From the sequence record NC_019500.1: 64,000 nt of DNA; one strand, given 5' to 3'. Both the position numbers and the translations under genes were made by a program. The stretch is from Escherichia phage Bp7. The notes below the pieces were generated by a model. That model saw only the letters and a list, made by a program, of their open reading frames with translations. It was not told where the DNA came from and did not search any database. Below are positions 42,048-53,680 of the stretch, one piece after another (position 1 is the stretch's first letter; the number at the start of each line of letters is the position of its first letter).

Positions 42048-42983
42048 TTATCCAATTAAAATAGGTGTTGGTGGGTCGAGTAAATCTAATTCTTCGCGAA
42101 GGCGTTCTTTTTCTAAACGAGCTTCTTCAATCAATCGAATACCATCTACAGTGGTTCCACCCGCAAGTTGCATGCCTTGGTGTTTGGCCAAAATATTACC
42201 ATTGACTTCTTTAACCAATGCCGTCGCATAATCTTTGACCCAACGGTTATTATATGAACCATCTTGCAAACCAAGGTCTTCACCTGCCCTCATACCTGAA
42301 ATACGACGAGCCGGGTTATCCCAAATAGCTCCGGGGCTCCATTCATTTTCGTCGCACCCACCAGAGGCATATCCATATCCTGCGGTATTTCCTACCATAG
42401 AATCGACCCCATTAAAAGAGCGAGTATAAACTTCAATTACAATAAAATCGCCTTTAACAAAGTTACCCATTACCTTCAACTGTTCAGTGGCATCGTTATA
42501 CCAATAATCAGGCAATGGAACCAAAAGGTCCTGCATCATAGAACGATATTGCATTAATTGTGTAAAATACCCGAGGTCAGCACCAAAGGCATTAGGCCCA
42601 AAGCTGTTACAAGAAGTTCCAAGACCGCCATTAATACCAGCTAGGCCTAATACAAAATCAGTAAACCATGGATAAGTCGCTTGGCCATCCATAGATGTTA
42701 AAGAACCTACATTAGTTCTTAAAATTTGTGTTACTGCAAATATATTACGGCCTTTAAGGTCAAATACGCCGTTACGGAATTTTTCTTCGTCATCATGGCC
42801 TATATAAAAAGCCTGATAACCTTTGTTATAGCCGTTATAATGATACTCACCGTAGAGCTCCAGGGCGCGCTGGATGCAATCGTATACTTGGTCTGTAGTT
42901 ACTTCAATATTCGTAATCGGTGCACCCAGGCGGCGCAGGATTGCGTCCTTGAGTTGCTTAGGGTTATATGATTCACTTGCCAT
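42048..42983 (-). CDS. 13: neck protein
   Basis: 311 aa; synteny; late promoter TATAAATA at 43005-43012. Confidence 0.88.
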   Translation of the reverse strand: MASESYNPKQLKDAILRRLGAPITNIEVTTDQVYDCIQRALELYGEYHYNGYNKGYQAFYIGHDDEEKFRNGVFDLKGRNIFAVTQILRTNVGSLTSMDGQATYPWFTDFVLGLAGINGGLGTSCNSFGPNAFGADLGYFTQLMQYRSMMQDLLVPLPDYWYNDATEQLKVMGNFVKGDFIVIEVYTRSFNGVDSMVGNTAGYGYASGGCDENEWSPGAIWDNPARRISGMRAGEDLGLQDGSYNNRWVKDYATALVKEVNGNILAKHQGMQLAGGTTVDGIRLIEEARLEKERLREELDLLDPPTPILIG

Positions 42984-43014
42984 GGTTTATTCCTCTAATA
43001 ACCGTATTTATAGC

Positions 43015-43036
43015 AAAAAAGGGCCGAAGCCCTTTT
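43015..43036 (-). terminator. hairpin GGGCTTCGGCCC plus T-run downstream of wac
   Basis: Read on minus strand. Confidence 0.55.
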
Positions 43037-43037
43037 A

Positions 43038-44627
43038 TTATGGTGCTGGGTTTAAAGTCACAAAATCTGACAATAGCACCCACGCATTATCAACAAGAAC
43101 ATATGGAAGTCCATCAGCAACTGGAGCCACTGGTGGACGTTTAGCAAGTTCAGTTTCTAATGCAGTGATTTTATCTTCTGCTGTAGTAACTCTAGAAGTT
43201 AAAGCTGCCACATTACCATCGGTAACAACTAAATCAGCTTTAACGGTCCCTATTTCAGTAGAAACGTTAGGAACTTCGGTCCACGTAGCATTACGACGAG
43301 CATAAAGCTTACCATCGGAAGGGGCATCATTCAACTTACCTAACATCCGGGTTTCTAAAGAAGTAACCGCGTTAATAAGACCACGTTCTTCTACAGTAGT
43401 ACCGTTAGGGTTTGTCCCGTCAACCTTATTGGTGAGTTTAAGTAAAGTACCCTTAATACCGGATTGGTTATTTCCAATTTCTACTTGAATATCCTGGATA
43501 GATGAAGTAGATTGGTTTGCTTGGATAATAACGTCATTTAAACGCTTATTAATGGTCCCAGCTGCCGGAGATACTTCACTACCTAAACGGCGGTTGATAT
43601 CAGTAACTTGGAAACGTAAGCCATCACTTGAACTAACACCCACTATGGTTTTAAGGTCATTTACATCAGTACGAAGACCGCTTAAACGTCCATTAATAGA
43701 AGTAGGAGTTGATTCAGAACCTATTTGGGTTTCAATTGATGTTACACGAGGTTTTAAATCAACGTTGACTGAATTTTCTAGGGTAAGAGTTTTGCTTTCT
43801 AAAGTAGTTACTCGGTCCTTTATAGGCATACCGGAGAAATCAATATTAGTCTTAATTTCGTCGATAGATGTATTGAAATTAATTGCAGCCGTTTCTAATA
43901 CAGAAATTCGGGTATAAGCCTGTTGTTTACCTACCGTATCGGAATGGGGCCCAAGTTCAGCACGAATTTCATTTAATTTAATACCTAGTTGCCCGACGTC
44001 AGAATCTTCATAATTCCTTTCAAGGGTATCAATGCGAAGACGATGGTCGACCAATTGAGTGGTATTATCAATGATGCGACGTTTCATACCGGTGGCTTCG
44101 CTGGTTTCACCAGGAGGCAACGGATTACCATTTATATCCTGGTTTTCATAATGACCTATTTCGGTTTTAAGAAGAACAATATTTTCACGTACAGTTAAAT
44201 ACGGGCCGTCTTGTAAAGGGTCGTGGTAGCCAACGTCTTCTTTTAGGTGGTCTAAATTTATGGTTAAATTGTTTAGCCCAGTAGTGGTTTCGCCTTCTAC
44301 TCTCTTAAGCTCTACGATATCAACACGGTTTTTCTCAATTTGTTGGATGACGGAAATATCCGTAGCCATTTCTAAGGCATCATTGATATTATTAACGTTT
44401 TCTACCAGTTCGTTAACTTTATCTGCGGTTTTCAAATCATTCGCATCAAGAGCTTCAACGTTTTTCTGAACTCCTAAAGCAGCAGCGTTCAAATTACCTT
44501 CATTGCCGTATTTTGTTTTTGCTGCAGACATACAATCACCCTCGCGTATCCATTGGATACGCTTTTGAGGAGCATCAGGTACGCCGTCAACAAATGGTAA
44601 CTCACTAAGTTCCAATTTGTTAATCAT
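43038..44627 (-). CDS. wac: fibritin (whisker/collar protein) with C-terminal foldon
   Basis: 529 aa; coiled-coil segments; C-terminal ...DGLPYVLVDNAWVLLSDF foldon-like. Confidence 0.88.
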   Translation of the reverse strand: MINKLELSELPFVDGVPDAPQKRIQWIREGDCMSAAKTKYGNEGNLNAAALGVQKNVEALDANDLKTADKVNELVENVNNINDALEMATDISVIQQIEKNRVDIVELKRVEGETTTGLNNLTINLDHLKEDVGYHDPLQDGPYLTVRENIVLLKTEIGHYENQDINGNPLPPGETSEATGMKRRIIDNTTQLVDHRLRIDTLERNYEDSDVGQLGIKLNEIRAELGPHSDTVGKQQAYTRISVLETAAINFNTSIDEIKTNIDFSGMPIKDRVTTLESKTLTLENSVNVDLKPRVTSIETQIGSESTPTSINGRLSGLRTDVNDLKTIVGVSSSDGLRFQVTDINRRLGSEVSPAAGTINKRLNDVIIQANQSTSSIQDIQVEIGNNQSGIKGTLLKLTNKVDGTNPNGTTVEERGLINAVTSLETRMLGKLNDAPSDGKLYARRNATWTEVPNVSTEIGTVKADLVVTDGNVAALTSRVTTAEDKITALETELAKRPPVAPVADGLPYVLVDNAWVLLSDFVTLNPAP

Positions 44628-44636
44628 TTTTTACCC

Positions 44637-46163
44637 TTATTCTACTTTAATAATAAAAAGAACGGACATTGTCCATGGACGTGTTTCGTTGGCAATAAGA
44701 CCTTCACTATTCAATGTGGTATGTCCATCACGGTTCCAAGGATCGGTGGTCTCAAAACCTTCGTTGGTATAATAACTACGGTTATCCCAGTCAAGGCCTT
44801 TACGAGTACCAACATATCCGGAGTTAGCGGTGTTACCAAAAGCGCCATAGTTATCATGTTCACCAAAACCACCAGCATGTTTATGATAACGTAATGCTTG
44901 GGCTTGAACGGAAGATTGTGGGAACGAACCAACACCGTTGCCTAAACGGGCCTTACCTTTACCGTCTTGTCCTCGGTTACCAGCAATATGCGGGTTAACT
45001 TCGCCTTCAGAATATCCACCAACCATGTTAGCGCCACGAGGATATAATCCACGGAAATCTGGAATAGCACCCCACCATCCCCAACGCCCACCAACAGCAT
45101 TTAAATATGCACCACCAGTGTAAGTCCCACCTACACAAGCACGCCATTTACCAGGTATATTACCTTCATTGCCACCCCACATGCAAATAGTACCCACCGG
45201 AACGCTATCTGATAATTGGTCATGGGTAACAACATCAACACCATTACGACGTAATGCTCCATTAACGTTTAAAGTACCCCATATTTCGCCGCCTGAAGTA
45301 GAAATAACGTTAGCATTATAAGCCAGTGCCGTATTACCATCGCCTTGGCCTACAGTAGTAGATAAACGAACCAACCCAATACGTCCAGTATTACCTGTAC
45401 GAGCTAACAAAGAAGCAGGTGTAACAGCGGCAGTGTGGTCGGTACCATTAGATACCATATCCCAACCAGCGAGTTTAATAATACCACTTCTGGCTTCGGT
45501 GGAAGTTAATGTGGCTAATCCGGCTGGAGAAATAGCAATACCCACCGAAAGACTTCCATTACCAACCTCGGCATTGGTCGCTAAACGAACTAAACCTTCA
45601 TTTGTAGTCGTTGCTGTAGAATAAACCGGTAACGCTGCCGTCGCTGCACCAATTGCCTGAGATACTTTAAGTGGGGTCATTGCTGTGGTATCATCGGTAC
45701 CAGCTAATGCGGCAGGTGTAGTTGAAATCTTGATAACGCCTGTAGCGTTCTCTGTTGATAAACGGTTCTCAAATGTATAATCCATTACCGCTTTCAAAGA
45801 GGTTGCTACGATTGCAGCCTGGGGCTCTGTGCCTGCTATAGCTTCAGCGTTAGTAGCATAACGGGTGATACCTACATAAGTTTCTGTTGCCTGAGTAGGA
45901 ATATCTAAACGGGCTTTTAAAGTTGCTGGAGTCACCGCACTATAAGCATCCAATCCATCCATTACTTCTTGTGTGGTTGCAAGACGAATAATACCTTGGG
46001 ATGTTTCTGTGGCTGAAGGAACATTACCTGTGACGCCGATTAATGAAATAGTGGCCAATGCTTCTTGAACATTAGTAATATCAGGCGGGAAATTCGACCC
46101 AGTAGGGTCGAATGATTTGAATTCCGATTTATCACTAATGTGTTTTAGTGTGTTTGTTGACAT
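44637..46163 (-). CDS. 12: short tail fibre protein
   Basis: 508 aa; YHKHAGGFGEHDNYGAFGN, GTRKGLDWDNRSY as T4 gp12. Confidence 0.93.
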   Translation of the reverse strand: MSTNTLKHISDKSEFKSFDPTGSNFPPDITNVQEALATISLIGVTGNVPSATETSQGIIRLATTQEVMDGLDAYSAVTPATLKARLDIPTQATETYVGITRYATNAEAIAGTEPQAAIVATSLKAVMDYTFENRLSTENATGVIKISTTPAALAGTDDTTAMTPLKVSQAIGAATAALPVYSTATTTNEGLVRLATNAEVGNGSLSVGIAISPAGLATLTSTEARSGIIKLAGWDMVSNGTDHTAAVTPASLLARTGNTGRIGLVRLSTTVGQGDGNTALAYNANVISTSGGEIWGTLNVNGALRRNGVDVVTHDQLSDSVPVGTICMWGGNEGNIPGKWRACVGGTYTGGAYLNAVGGRWGWWGAIPDFRGLYPRGANMVGGYSEGEVNPHIAGNRGQDGKGKARLGNGVGSFPQSSVQAQALRYHKHAGGFGEHDNYGAFGNTANSGYVGTRKGLDWDNRSYYTNEGFETTDPWNRDGHTTLNSEGLIANETRPWTMSVLFIIKVE

Positions 46164-46828
46164 TAATATAATCTCTTATAGTAATATAAAGGAATCGTGC
46201 CGTTAACTGTACCACCTGCTAACGATTGGGTAGAGTTACCTAAGTATTCCCACTTACCGTATCCAGCCCTTGGCTGTTGGACTATAGTATGGGAAATTGT
46301 ACAACCCGATTGTTTATATGGTGAAAAAATATGATTCTGATAGTCATTGTATTTAATATTCAAGGTAGATTGGTCTAAGGCATCAATAGCAGTTTCGGCT
46401 AAAATATAGCTATTAGCAATAGCGTCTAAAAACACATCATTTACTTTAGATGCAACCAATACAGATGAATCGCCAACTAAGACCTCTACAGGAAGTCCGA
46501 ACACTTTAATAATAACCGGGTCGCCAAGTTCACCGCCTGAAGAAATAGAACCGGTAAATGTAATTTTATCAGATTGCTGAATAAATCCAGGTGCTCTGTT
46601 TTCTGTGGTAATAATAACAGAGTTCACAGGAAGCTCTGTTCTAAATGCAATATCATCTATTGCACTTTGGACTGTAGGAAAATAAACACCCTTCTGGGTT
46701 TGGTTTGCAGAAGGCCCACCGATAGGACGTTGGTCAGCGACAGCAGTAGGCTTGTCACTAGTGTAAGATAATTCCAAATAATCGGCTAAGCGGGATTTTA
46801 ACCCGCTTTTCATTTCAGTTAAAGTCAT
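46163..46828 (-). CDS. 11: baseplate wedge / short tail fibre attachment protein
   Basis: 221 aa; synteny. Confidence 0.88.
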   Translation of the reverse strand: MTLTEMKSGLKSRLADYLELSYTSDKPTAVADQRPIGGPSANQTQKGVYFPTVQSAIDDIAFRTELPVNSVIITTENRAPGFIQQSDKITFTGSISSGGELGDPVIIKVFGLPVEVLVGDSSVLVASKVNDVFLDAIANSYILAETAIDALDQSTLNIKYNDYQNHIFSPYKQSGCTISHTIVQQPRAGYGKWEYLGNSTQSLAGGTVNGTIPLYYYKRLY

Positions 46829-48639
46829 TATGCAATCCTCATCCAGCGATGAACAGTTAAGTATGGTGGTAGAGTATTAACCGGGATAGGAGTGGTTCCT
46901 TGAGCCTTATTAATACTGGCTTTATCTTCACGATATTTTGTATAAGCCGGTCCTTGTGAATCAGGGTCAACTAAACACCCACCTACAAAAATAGGGCCAT
47001 CGTTATCAGCAATAAGGACTTTATCATCGGTATTAAGTTCAGGGATATTCTCATATTTCAAATTAGCCACATGAGCGCCACCAGTACCGCCAGCAGTTGA
47101 CTGTGGAATACCGGCAGAATCCAGATCGTTGTTATTTGCATTAAACAAAGAACTAGCGTCAGGAGACCAACCTACCAAGAACACATCAGATAAACGCTTC
47201 CATGAACCAAAGCCCATATAAGTTTTAGGGTTATTAGGGTTCACCGTATTCTCATAGATGGTTCCTATTGGGTAAACCAAATCAAAAAACGTTGCTGCTG
47301 TATCTATTGTAATATTGGACGCGGCGACCTGTTCAACGTTAGGTGCAAAAGGATTATCTACATCAGTAATACGAACTTGACCTGTTATATCGATAGAAGG
47401 CCCTTTGGAAATATAGATGTTGTTGGTATAATCCAAAATCTCATCAATTTCCATGGTGGTACCGATATCATTATTGTACCAAATTACTGTAAGAATATCA
47501 CCATGTTCAAAGTTACGTCCAAATTCAATGGATTCAATCTTGTCTTCAGGAGTCAAATTAAAAATATAGTCTGATTTAGATTGGGTCCATTGACCACCAG
47601 CATTAAAACACTCGGTAGCAGTACGACCATCAGCACCTTCACAATAAAACGAAGGAAGTCCTGCTGTACCCGCTTGATGAAGTAATGTGCTATTAAGCAT
47701 GACTTGACAAGCATTTGGGTTGATAGGGCTGTTAACAGAAATATTCAAATCTGCGGCTGATATAACATGCGAAGTATTCAAATCTCCGACGAAAGAAGAA
47801 CCAGGAACAGAAACGTTTTTAGTCAATTCTGAACTTTGGATTGTTATATCACGGCGGTTATAAGAACTACGCCATTGAGCAAGTCCGTCATTATATGATT
47901 TGATAATAACAGTATCACCTGCTTCACAAGGATATTTTAAACGGATGTCCTTACCATTCAAAGCTACCAATTCGCCTGGTTGAGCACCTGGAGAACCGAA
48001 CTCTGCGGTAGCAGCGTCAAAAATATCATCAATACCGTAGAACAAATTGTTACCACGTTGCGAAACGCTTAAACTTGCTACGTTATAAGAAAGCCCTGGG
48101 AAAATGTCTAGAAAATCTGTTTGGCCTTCAGTGGCAATAAACTGCTTAGTTGCTACAGTAGCGAGGTCGTTATTTGGAATACGGTTTACTTGCTTATTTT
48201 CAACGTATTCCCATCGTCCTGGGGCACAATAAACTAATTCAAGGTCCGAGAAGTTGCGAGCAATTTCTACTTGAGTAGCTGAACCCTTAATGGTATCACC
48301 CGTGGCAGGGATTAGGGTTACAGGGTTAGCTTGCCATGAGGAATACACATCACGTACACGGATAACAAAGTTATATTCTTCAGGAGAGCCTTTAGGAAGC
48401 TGAACGTTAATACGCCCACCTTGAGTATTAAGGGTATAGCTATGACCCATTACAGCGTTCAACAAAGCACCATCTGCAGTAGAATGCTGTTTCCAAGCGC
48501 CTGCTGCATGAGGGTTGTTGCCATCACCTAATTGGTAATAAAGCTCATTGAAGTTGTTATTAATTTTAAGACCACCTGCACGCAGGTAATCACCGGACCC
48601 GTCATCAACAGCGGAACCTACTTTTAAGTCTTGTTTCAT
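46828..48639 (-). CDS. 10: baseplate wedge protein
   Basis: 603 aa; synteny. Confidence 0.9.
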   Translation of the reverse strand: MKQDLKVGSAVDDGSGDYLRAGGLKINNNFNELYYQLGDGNNPHAAGAWKQHSTADGALLNAVMGHSYTLNTQGGRINVQLPKGSPEEYNFVIRVRDVYSSWQANPVTLIPATGDTIKGSATQVEIARNFSDLELVYCAPGRWEYVENKQVNRIPNNDLATVATKQFIATEGQTDFLDIFPGLSYNVASLSVSQRGNNLFYGIDDIFDAATAEFGSPGAQPGELVALNGKDIRLKYPCEAGDTVIIKSYNDGLAQWRSSYNRRDITIQSSELTKNVSVPGSSFVGDLNTSHVISAADLNISVNSPINPNACQVMLNSTLLHQAGTAGLPSFYCEGADGRTATECFNAGGQWTQSKSDYIFNLTPEDKIESIEFGRNFEHGDILTVIWYNNDIGTTMEIDEILDYTNNIYISKGPSIDITGQVRITDVDNPFAPNVEQVAASNITIDTAATFFDLVYPIGTIYENTVNPNNPKTYMGFGSWKRLSDVFLVGWSPDASSLFNANNNDLDSAGIPQSTAGGTGGAHVANLKYENIPELNTDDKVLIADNDGPIFVGGCLVDPDSQGPAYTKYREDKASINKAQGTTPIPVNTLPPYLTVHRWMRIA

Positions 48640-49499
48640 TATACTGGAACTCCAATAGTTTGGGTTTCTACGACCTTAATTGCAAGCCTCATAGGATTGA
48701 CAGAAGAAGCGGTCGCGATAATATAGTTTGATGTATCAAATTTAAAATCTAGGGAATAAATTTCGTCATCATCTGAAGTTTGCCCACGTTTAATAACAGC
48801 GTATTCGGTGGAATAAATCTTTTTAGCTTGGTTGTCGATAAACACAAGATATTCTGAAGCTTTGTAAATGGTTTCGTTGGCATTCACTGCCGTAACTAAA
48901 AGTTTGACCAATGAATACTGGCCGGAATAAACCACCGGAATATCACGAGCGACAGAAGATATATTATATGTCTTATTTAATGGAACTCGTTTATCACCAA
49001 ACATACTTTCAATTGAATAATCCCATACTGCAATGCCGTTTGTATCTGATACACACCATAAAAGAACTCGTGTATAAGGTGTTACGATACGCAAAGTCGA
49101 AGTTGAATGGCTTGCAAAAGTATCCAATATACGGATTTCAAGATAATTAGTGGAAGAAATACTCCCGTTAGAGTTGATAATCTCGATTCCTTCACCGACT
49201 GCACCTTTTACAGTGGTTAATACGATAGAACCGGTAGAAGCATCGATATCCACCAAAGAGCCTAAATCTACTGAGCTTGCTTGGTCCATATCACCAAATT
49301 TTTGATAATAACCTGTAGCGTGTAATTTCTGACCGGTTAATTCACCAGTTAAAGCAGTTTTGCGTTGGTCGCCGAAAGTATTATATATGTTGTTTAAGTC
49401 AGTGTTCAGTTTAACACCGCCATCATAAAGAATGTCGCCGGTGCTGGCATTACCAATTTCACCGACGTCAATTAGTTCTTTACCAGTTTGCTTAATCAT
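48639..49499 (-). CDS. 9: baseplate wedge, long tail fibre socket
   Basis: 286 aa; synteny. Confidence 0.88.
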   Translation of the reverse strand: MIKQTGKELIDVGEIGNASTGDILYDGGVKLNTDLNNIYNTFGDQRKTALTGELTGQKLHATGYYQKFGDMDQASSVDLGSLVDIDASTGSIVLTTVKGAVGEGIEIINSNGSISSTNYLEIRILDTFASHSTSTLRIVTPYTRVLLWCVSDTNGIAVWDYSIESMFGDKRVPLNKTYNISSVARDIPVVYSGQYSLVKLLVTAVNANETIYKASEYLVFIDNQAKKIYSTEYAVIKRGQTSDDDEIYSLDFKFDTSNYIIATASSVNPMRLAIKVVETQTIGVPV

Positions 49500-49541
49500 A
49501 GGTATGCCTCATTATTGATATACTGTATTTATTAAACCCGA

Positions 49542-49559
49542 AAGGGCCTTGCGGCCCTT
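49542..49559 (-). terminator. hairpin AAGGGCCGCAAGGCCCTT downstream of gene 8
   Basis: Read directly. Confidence 0.45.
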
Positions 49560-49560
49560 A

Positions 49561-50565
49561 TTAGAATTCGAAGATAATGTTAATTTCTTCTGTTTGGTCC
49601 ATGGAACGAATAACCGGAGGACGGTTTTCCATATAAATCATTTCACCTGAATGGCGGGAGAGGTCTATAACATCATAGTACTCTTTTTCGGCTTTAATGA
49701 TCGGATCGGATGGGTGAGCTTTAGCTTCTAATGGATTAGAAATTATCGAAAGCTGTCTAAATCCTTTGTTACCAGGAAGACTAAATTCAGGGAAGTAAAC
49801 TGAATCTAAGAATGCTTTAAAACGAATGGTATTGCCTTTAATACGATAAATCAATCCATAATCGTCTTGCTGCCAAGTAAGATTATTCTCGTATCCCCAA
49901 CGTTCAGGGTCTTCGGCAATTTCTTCTGGCCATGGTACTACAATATATTCATTAGTGCAACGGTTAATACTTACATCAGGTGGAATCTCATACAAATATT
50001 CCCAGAGATACCCATCACCCGTATCAACCATACCTTCCGTATCACCTTGACCTGCTGGAGCTTTAACCGACTGTACATTTGAGGTCCATTTACCACCAAG
50101 TTTAATACACTCAGTTTTATTATCAAGGGACAAAATAGAACATGTACCTGATTCTGGGATATCTACACAACGATAAACCATCCACCCGGCACCGACATCA
50201 GTACGGTTTTGCGGCTGGCTGTTCGCCACTACAATTTCACCAATCTGGAAAGTAAACGGATTAGGATAAGAGGTATCGCCCCAGTCTTTGCGCGGGACAA
50301 CACAATCCAACATGCTCTTATAAACCTTAACGCATCCCATCATGTTTGTCCAGACGTCTTCTACGCCTTCAGAATCATCTACAGGATATGGCGGGGCAAA
50401 ACCTGGGTCGTTTTCGTTATCTGCCCATGGTCGGGCCCTTCCGAAAGATACATACATGGTGTTCTGGTCTTCACCATCACCTATTGTTCTGTAAAAGTTG
50501 TACATTTTTTCCGTTCTAAATTTTGAAGTAACAATAGAACGATAAACTACTGTAGAATTAATCAT
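49561..50565 (-). CDS. 8: baseplate wedge protein
   Basis: 334 aa, same length as T4 gp8. Confidence 0.9.
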   Translation of the reverse strand: MINSTVVYRSIVTSKFRTEKMYNFYRTIGDGEDQNTMYVSFGRARPWADNENDPGFAPPYPVDDSEGVEDVWTNMMGCVKVYKSMLDCVVPRKDWGDTSYPNPFTFQIGEIVVANSQPQNRTDVGAGWMVYRCVDIPESGTCSILSLDNKTECIKLGGKWTSNVQSVKAPAGQGDTEGMVDTGDGYLWEYLYEIPPDVSINRCTNEYIVVPWPEEIAEDPERWGYENNLTWQQDDYGLIYRIKGNTIRFKAFLDSVYFPEFSLPGNKGFRQLSIISNPLEAKAHPSDPIIKAEKEYYDVIDLSRHSGEMIYMENRPPVIRSMDQTEEINIIFEF

Positions 50566-53500
50566 TAATTTTTACCTGAGTTGGAACTTTAGGGTCTCTA
50601 GGATTTCCAATATCGTCTTTAAGACGCTTATCAACCAGTGCACGCCAATTGGCAAAGGTCGCAGCACTTTGGTCAAACAATGGACTATGCTTTTTAATAC
50701 GTTCGTGTGGTAATTGACCTTGGAATACAGAGAAATCATTTTCCGCATCATAATCTGCAGGGATATCAAACGGTTCTCCTGCTTTAGGTCCAACGTTATA
50801 AACCGGAAGTCCTGTTCTAGGGTCTCGTTCTATATTACCATCAAAACCTATTACAGCAACTCTATCATACCATTCAGATGGCAAACCTGAGTCCCATTTG
50901 TAGTTCTTAAGGATATTAATAATAGTTTCTGTATGTTTTAGCGTTAAACCTACGTTAACGAACATAGAAAGCAAAGTTATACCTACAAAGCCGAAACCTA
51001 CTGGATGAACAAATCTCAAAACATCGTTGCGATAACGAGAAGTAGGGAGATTAGACTTAATGGTCATCACATAATAAGAACGGTTACGGTTGATATAGTC
51101 GATATTGTTACTCAAAAGCTCTTTACCACGTACGCCCTGAACAATCATACCCTTGAACGAAGTACGTTCAGATTTAATTTCCTGTCCGACTATAAAACGA
51201 CCTAAAAGATTATGAATGGTTAAACGCCATTGCAGTTTACCATCTTTGTAATTTCGTTCTATATAAGTAACATTACTACGACCTGTAGGAGTATAAATCG
51301 TTTGGCCTACGATATCTTCACTGATATTATCAGATTCTACGATGATATCATATTCGATAGAGTTCTTGGACTCGATATCAATTTCTACATCTTCATTGTA
51401 AAGCAATTTAAACAGGAATTTATATGAAGCTTCGGTACCTTTTGTAGACCAAAAATCGGTTTGGCGCGCCTGGAAAAAACGAACTACTTCGTCGCGTTTT
51501 TCTTTCGACAAATAGATATTACGCTTATAGATTTCCGACCACAAATATTCCCATGAATCTTCTTCACGTGGGTATTGGTTACGAATAAGATTCAACAAAT
51601 TATTATAGTGTGTACCTGAGCCATCACTAATAAATTGGAGATAGTATTCACAGAATTTTTCAAAGTTGCTATCTTGAAGCAAATAACTATCTGGAATCAT
51701 TTTAACCAGTAAAGGCTGGAGGTCCGGGTCTTGCTCACCAACTTCCTCTTTAGGTTTCCACGGGATTTCATGTTCTTGGTTTTGCAATTCAGCCGTAAAC
51801 ATAATTTCTTTAGGCTTCCAAATAACACGGACTTCATCGCGTACACGATAGTCGAATTCAAAATATCCAACCAATTCACCTGTAGATTTGTGAATCATCA
51901 TTCCAGAAGAATATTTCTTAAAGCCGTTGAACTCTATATTAGGAGATGTGACTTTACAAAAACCTTTATTCCAAATCTCATGAACAATACGTTCAGGTGA
52001 AGAACCACTGTTCAGGTCGATAATTTTCTGGTATAAAGCATCGTTATAAACAACCATCGCATGGTCACCAGTGGTAATCCATGAACGGGTTCCATCGCGT
52101 CGAGACCAACTAAAGAATGGTTCGGCATAATAAGCCATACGCCCAGGTTTAAATTCTTTGAAATCGGATTTAGAGTTAGACCTAAAACTCATCATCAAAT
52201 AATGTTTATCGTGAATCCATTGTTCATCTTTAACATATTTAACGGCGGAGGTGACAATTTCAGGGTATTCCAAAGGAAGCTCAGAATCAACCTCTACTTC
52301 ATATCTAAAGTTGCTTGAACTGAAAAATAATTCCTCTCCATCAGTAGACATGCTGGTATATCCATGCTCTATACGACGACGTTCTTCTTCAGTGTTTCCA
52401 AATACACGGGTCCATGTATCAGTTGAAGTGTCTAACCAATAAACACCTTTGGATTCAGAATCAACCACATTGGATTCGACCGTAGGGTCCATTTTTTCTT
52501 CTTTAACTTCACCTGTAATTAAAGCAAATGTATGGCCTTGGATAGAATCTAATTTATAACAAACTGCTTTAGGGTTCCCTGTGATAGTTGAATATCCGCT
52601 TTCAAATATCTTCTCTCCATAAGTCGGAGAACTAGGGTCGGTGTCTATAGGTGCCTCAGATGTTTTTGCTTTATAAACTCTGTCTCTACCTGCAACATAA
52701 ATGAAATCATCAGAAGCGCATATAGCTTCAGCAATAGTGGAAATAGGCAAAGGAAGTTTTGCATATGACCCAAATATCTCGATTTCAAATGGAAGGTCGA
52801 TATCACTACCTATTTTAGCAAATGTTATATCTTGGGAGCTAAAACGGACATCATCAGCAGACCAACGAATATCACTTGATTTACGTCCGTAAAATATTTG
52901 GTCATAACCTAGAACATACGTAGTAGTTTCAGTTTGGTAATGTGCCGTACGTGAAACAGGGTTACCTACTCGGTCATTAAACAAACGGATATAATGCCAG
53001 TTCTGCCCTTTATCATTAGAAACCTTAGCAGTACTTTGGAACCTTTCTAAAAGGTAAAGTACACCACCAAGTTCCATTAAAATAGAACGTTTAGGGTCTT
53101 TACAAACCGCTTGGATGCTTCCTTGGATTTCATGGAATCGGTCTGCTTTTAAAACATAATTTGATATAGATGACAAATGCGAATACGCTGGCGTAAAGTT
53201 AAAATCTTCCGTCATTAAGGAAGCCATAATGGCATCGGTATTAAAGTTCACATAATTCTGATTATTTTTTGTGAATTTTTCTTCAATAAATTTATTAGAC
53301 AAAGTGAATTCACGCATATGCTCAAATGTATATGCGTTGGTAGAGAAAGTTTCAAATTCTTCAGTGTAAACCCATTCAGACTGCTCAAACCCCTGGGCGG
53401 CCACCGCAACTCGCATTTTATAAAATGAATTAGGAGAAATGAATGCCTCTTCAAACCATTCGTTATTAGGGGTGTAACCTAAATTTCTCCAAAATAATCT

Positions 53501-53653
53501 ATCGTCGGGAATTTCTACACCCGCATCCTTCGTTTGGGCCAGTTCTACGAAATAATAGAAGTTGGCGCCTACGTCATCCCAAAGAATGCTCACATGGTTA
53601 GCCGAGAGTTTATCAATTCTCAGACTAGTAACATAAGGCGCTTGTACAGACAT
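50558..53653 (-). CDS. 7: baseplate wedge initiator
   Basis: 1031 aa vs T4 gp7 1032 aa. Confidence 0.93.
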   Translation of the reverse strand: MSVQAPYVTSLRIDKLSANHVSILWDDVGANFYYFVELAQTKDAGVEIPDDRLFWRNLGYTPNNEWFEEAFISPNSFYKMRVAVAAQGFEQSEWVYTEEFETFSTNAYTFEHMREFTLSNKFIEEKFTKNNQNYVNFNTDAIMASLMTEDFNFTPAYSHLSSISNYVLKADRFHEIQGSIQAVCKDPKRSILMELGGVLYLLERFQSTAKVSNDKGQNWHYIRLFNDRVGNPVSRTAHYQTETTTYVLGYDQIFYGRKSSDIRWSADDVRFSSQDITFAKIGSDIDLPFEIEIFGSYAKLPLPISTIAEAICASDDFIYVAGRDRVYKAKTSEAPIDTDPSSPTYGEKIFESGYSTITGNPKAVCYKLDSIQGHTFALITGEVKEEKMDPTVESNVVDSESKGVYWLDTSTDTWTRVFGNTEEERRRIEHGYTSMSTDGEELFFSSSNFRYEVEVDSELPLEYPEIVTSAVKYVKDEQWIHDKHYLMMSFRSNSKSDFKEFKPGRMAYYAEPFFSWSRRDGTRSWITTGDHAMVVYNDALYQKIIDLNSGSSPERIVHEIWNKGFCKVTSPNIEFNGFKKYSSGMMIHKSTGELVGYFEFDYRVRDEVRVIWKPKEIMFTAELQNQEHEIPWKPKEEVGEQDPDLQPLLVKMIPDSYLLQDSNFEKFCEYYLQFISDGSGTHYNNLLNLIRNQYPREEDSWEYLWSEIYKRNIYLSKEKRDEVVRFFQARQTDFWSTKGTEASYKFLFKLLYNEDVEIDIESKNSIEYDIIVESDNISEDIVGQTIYTPTGRSNVTYIERNYKDGKLQWRLTIHNLLGRFIVGQEIKSERTSFKGMIVQGVRGKELLSNNIDYINRNRSYYVMTIKSNLPTSRYRNDVLRFVHPVGFGFVGITLLSMFVNVGLTLKHTETIINILKNYKWDSGLPSEWYDRVAVIGFDGNIERDPRTGLPVYNVGPKAGEPFDIPADYDAENDFSVFQGQLPHERIKKHSPLFDQSAATFANWRALVDKRLKDDIGNPRDPKVPTQVKIND

Positions 53654-53680
53654 TAAATCTCCTTAAACCTCCGAAGAGGT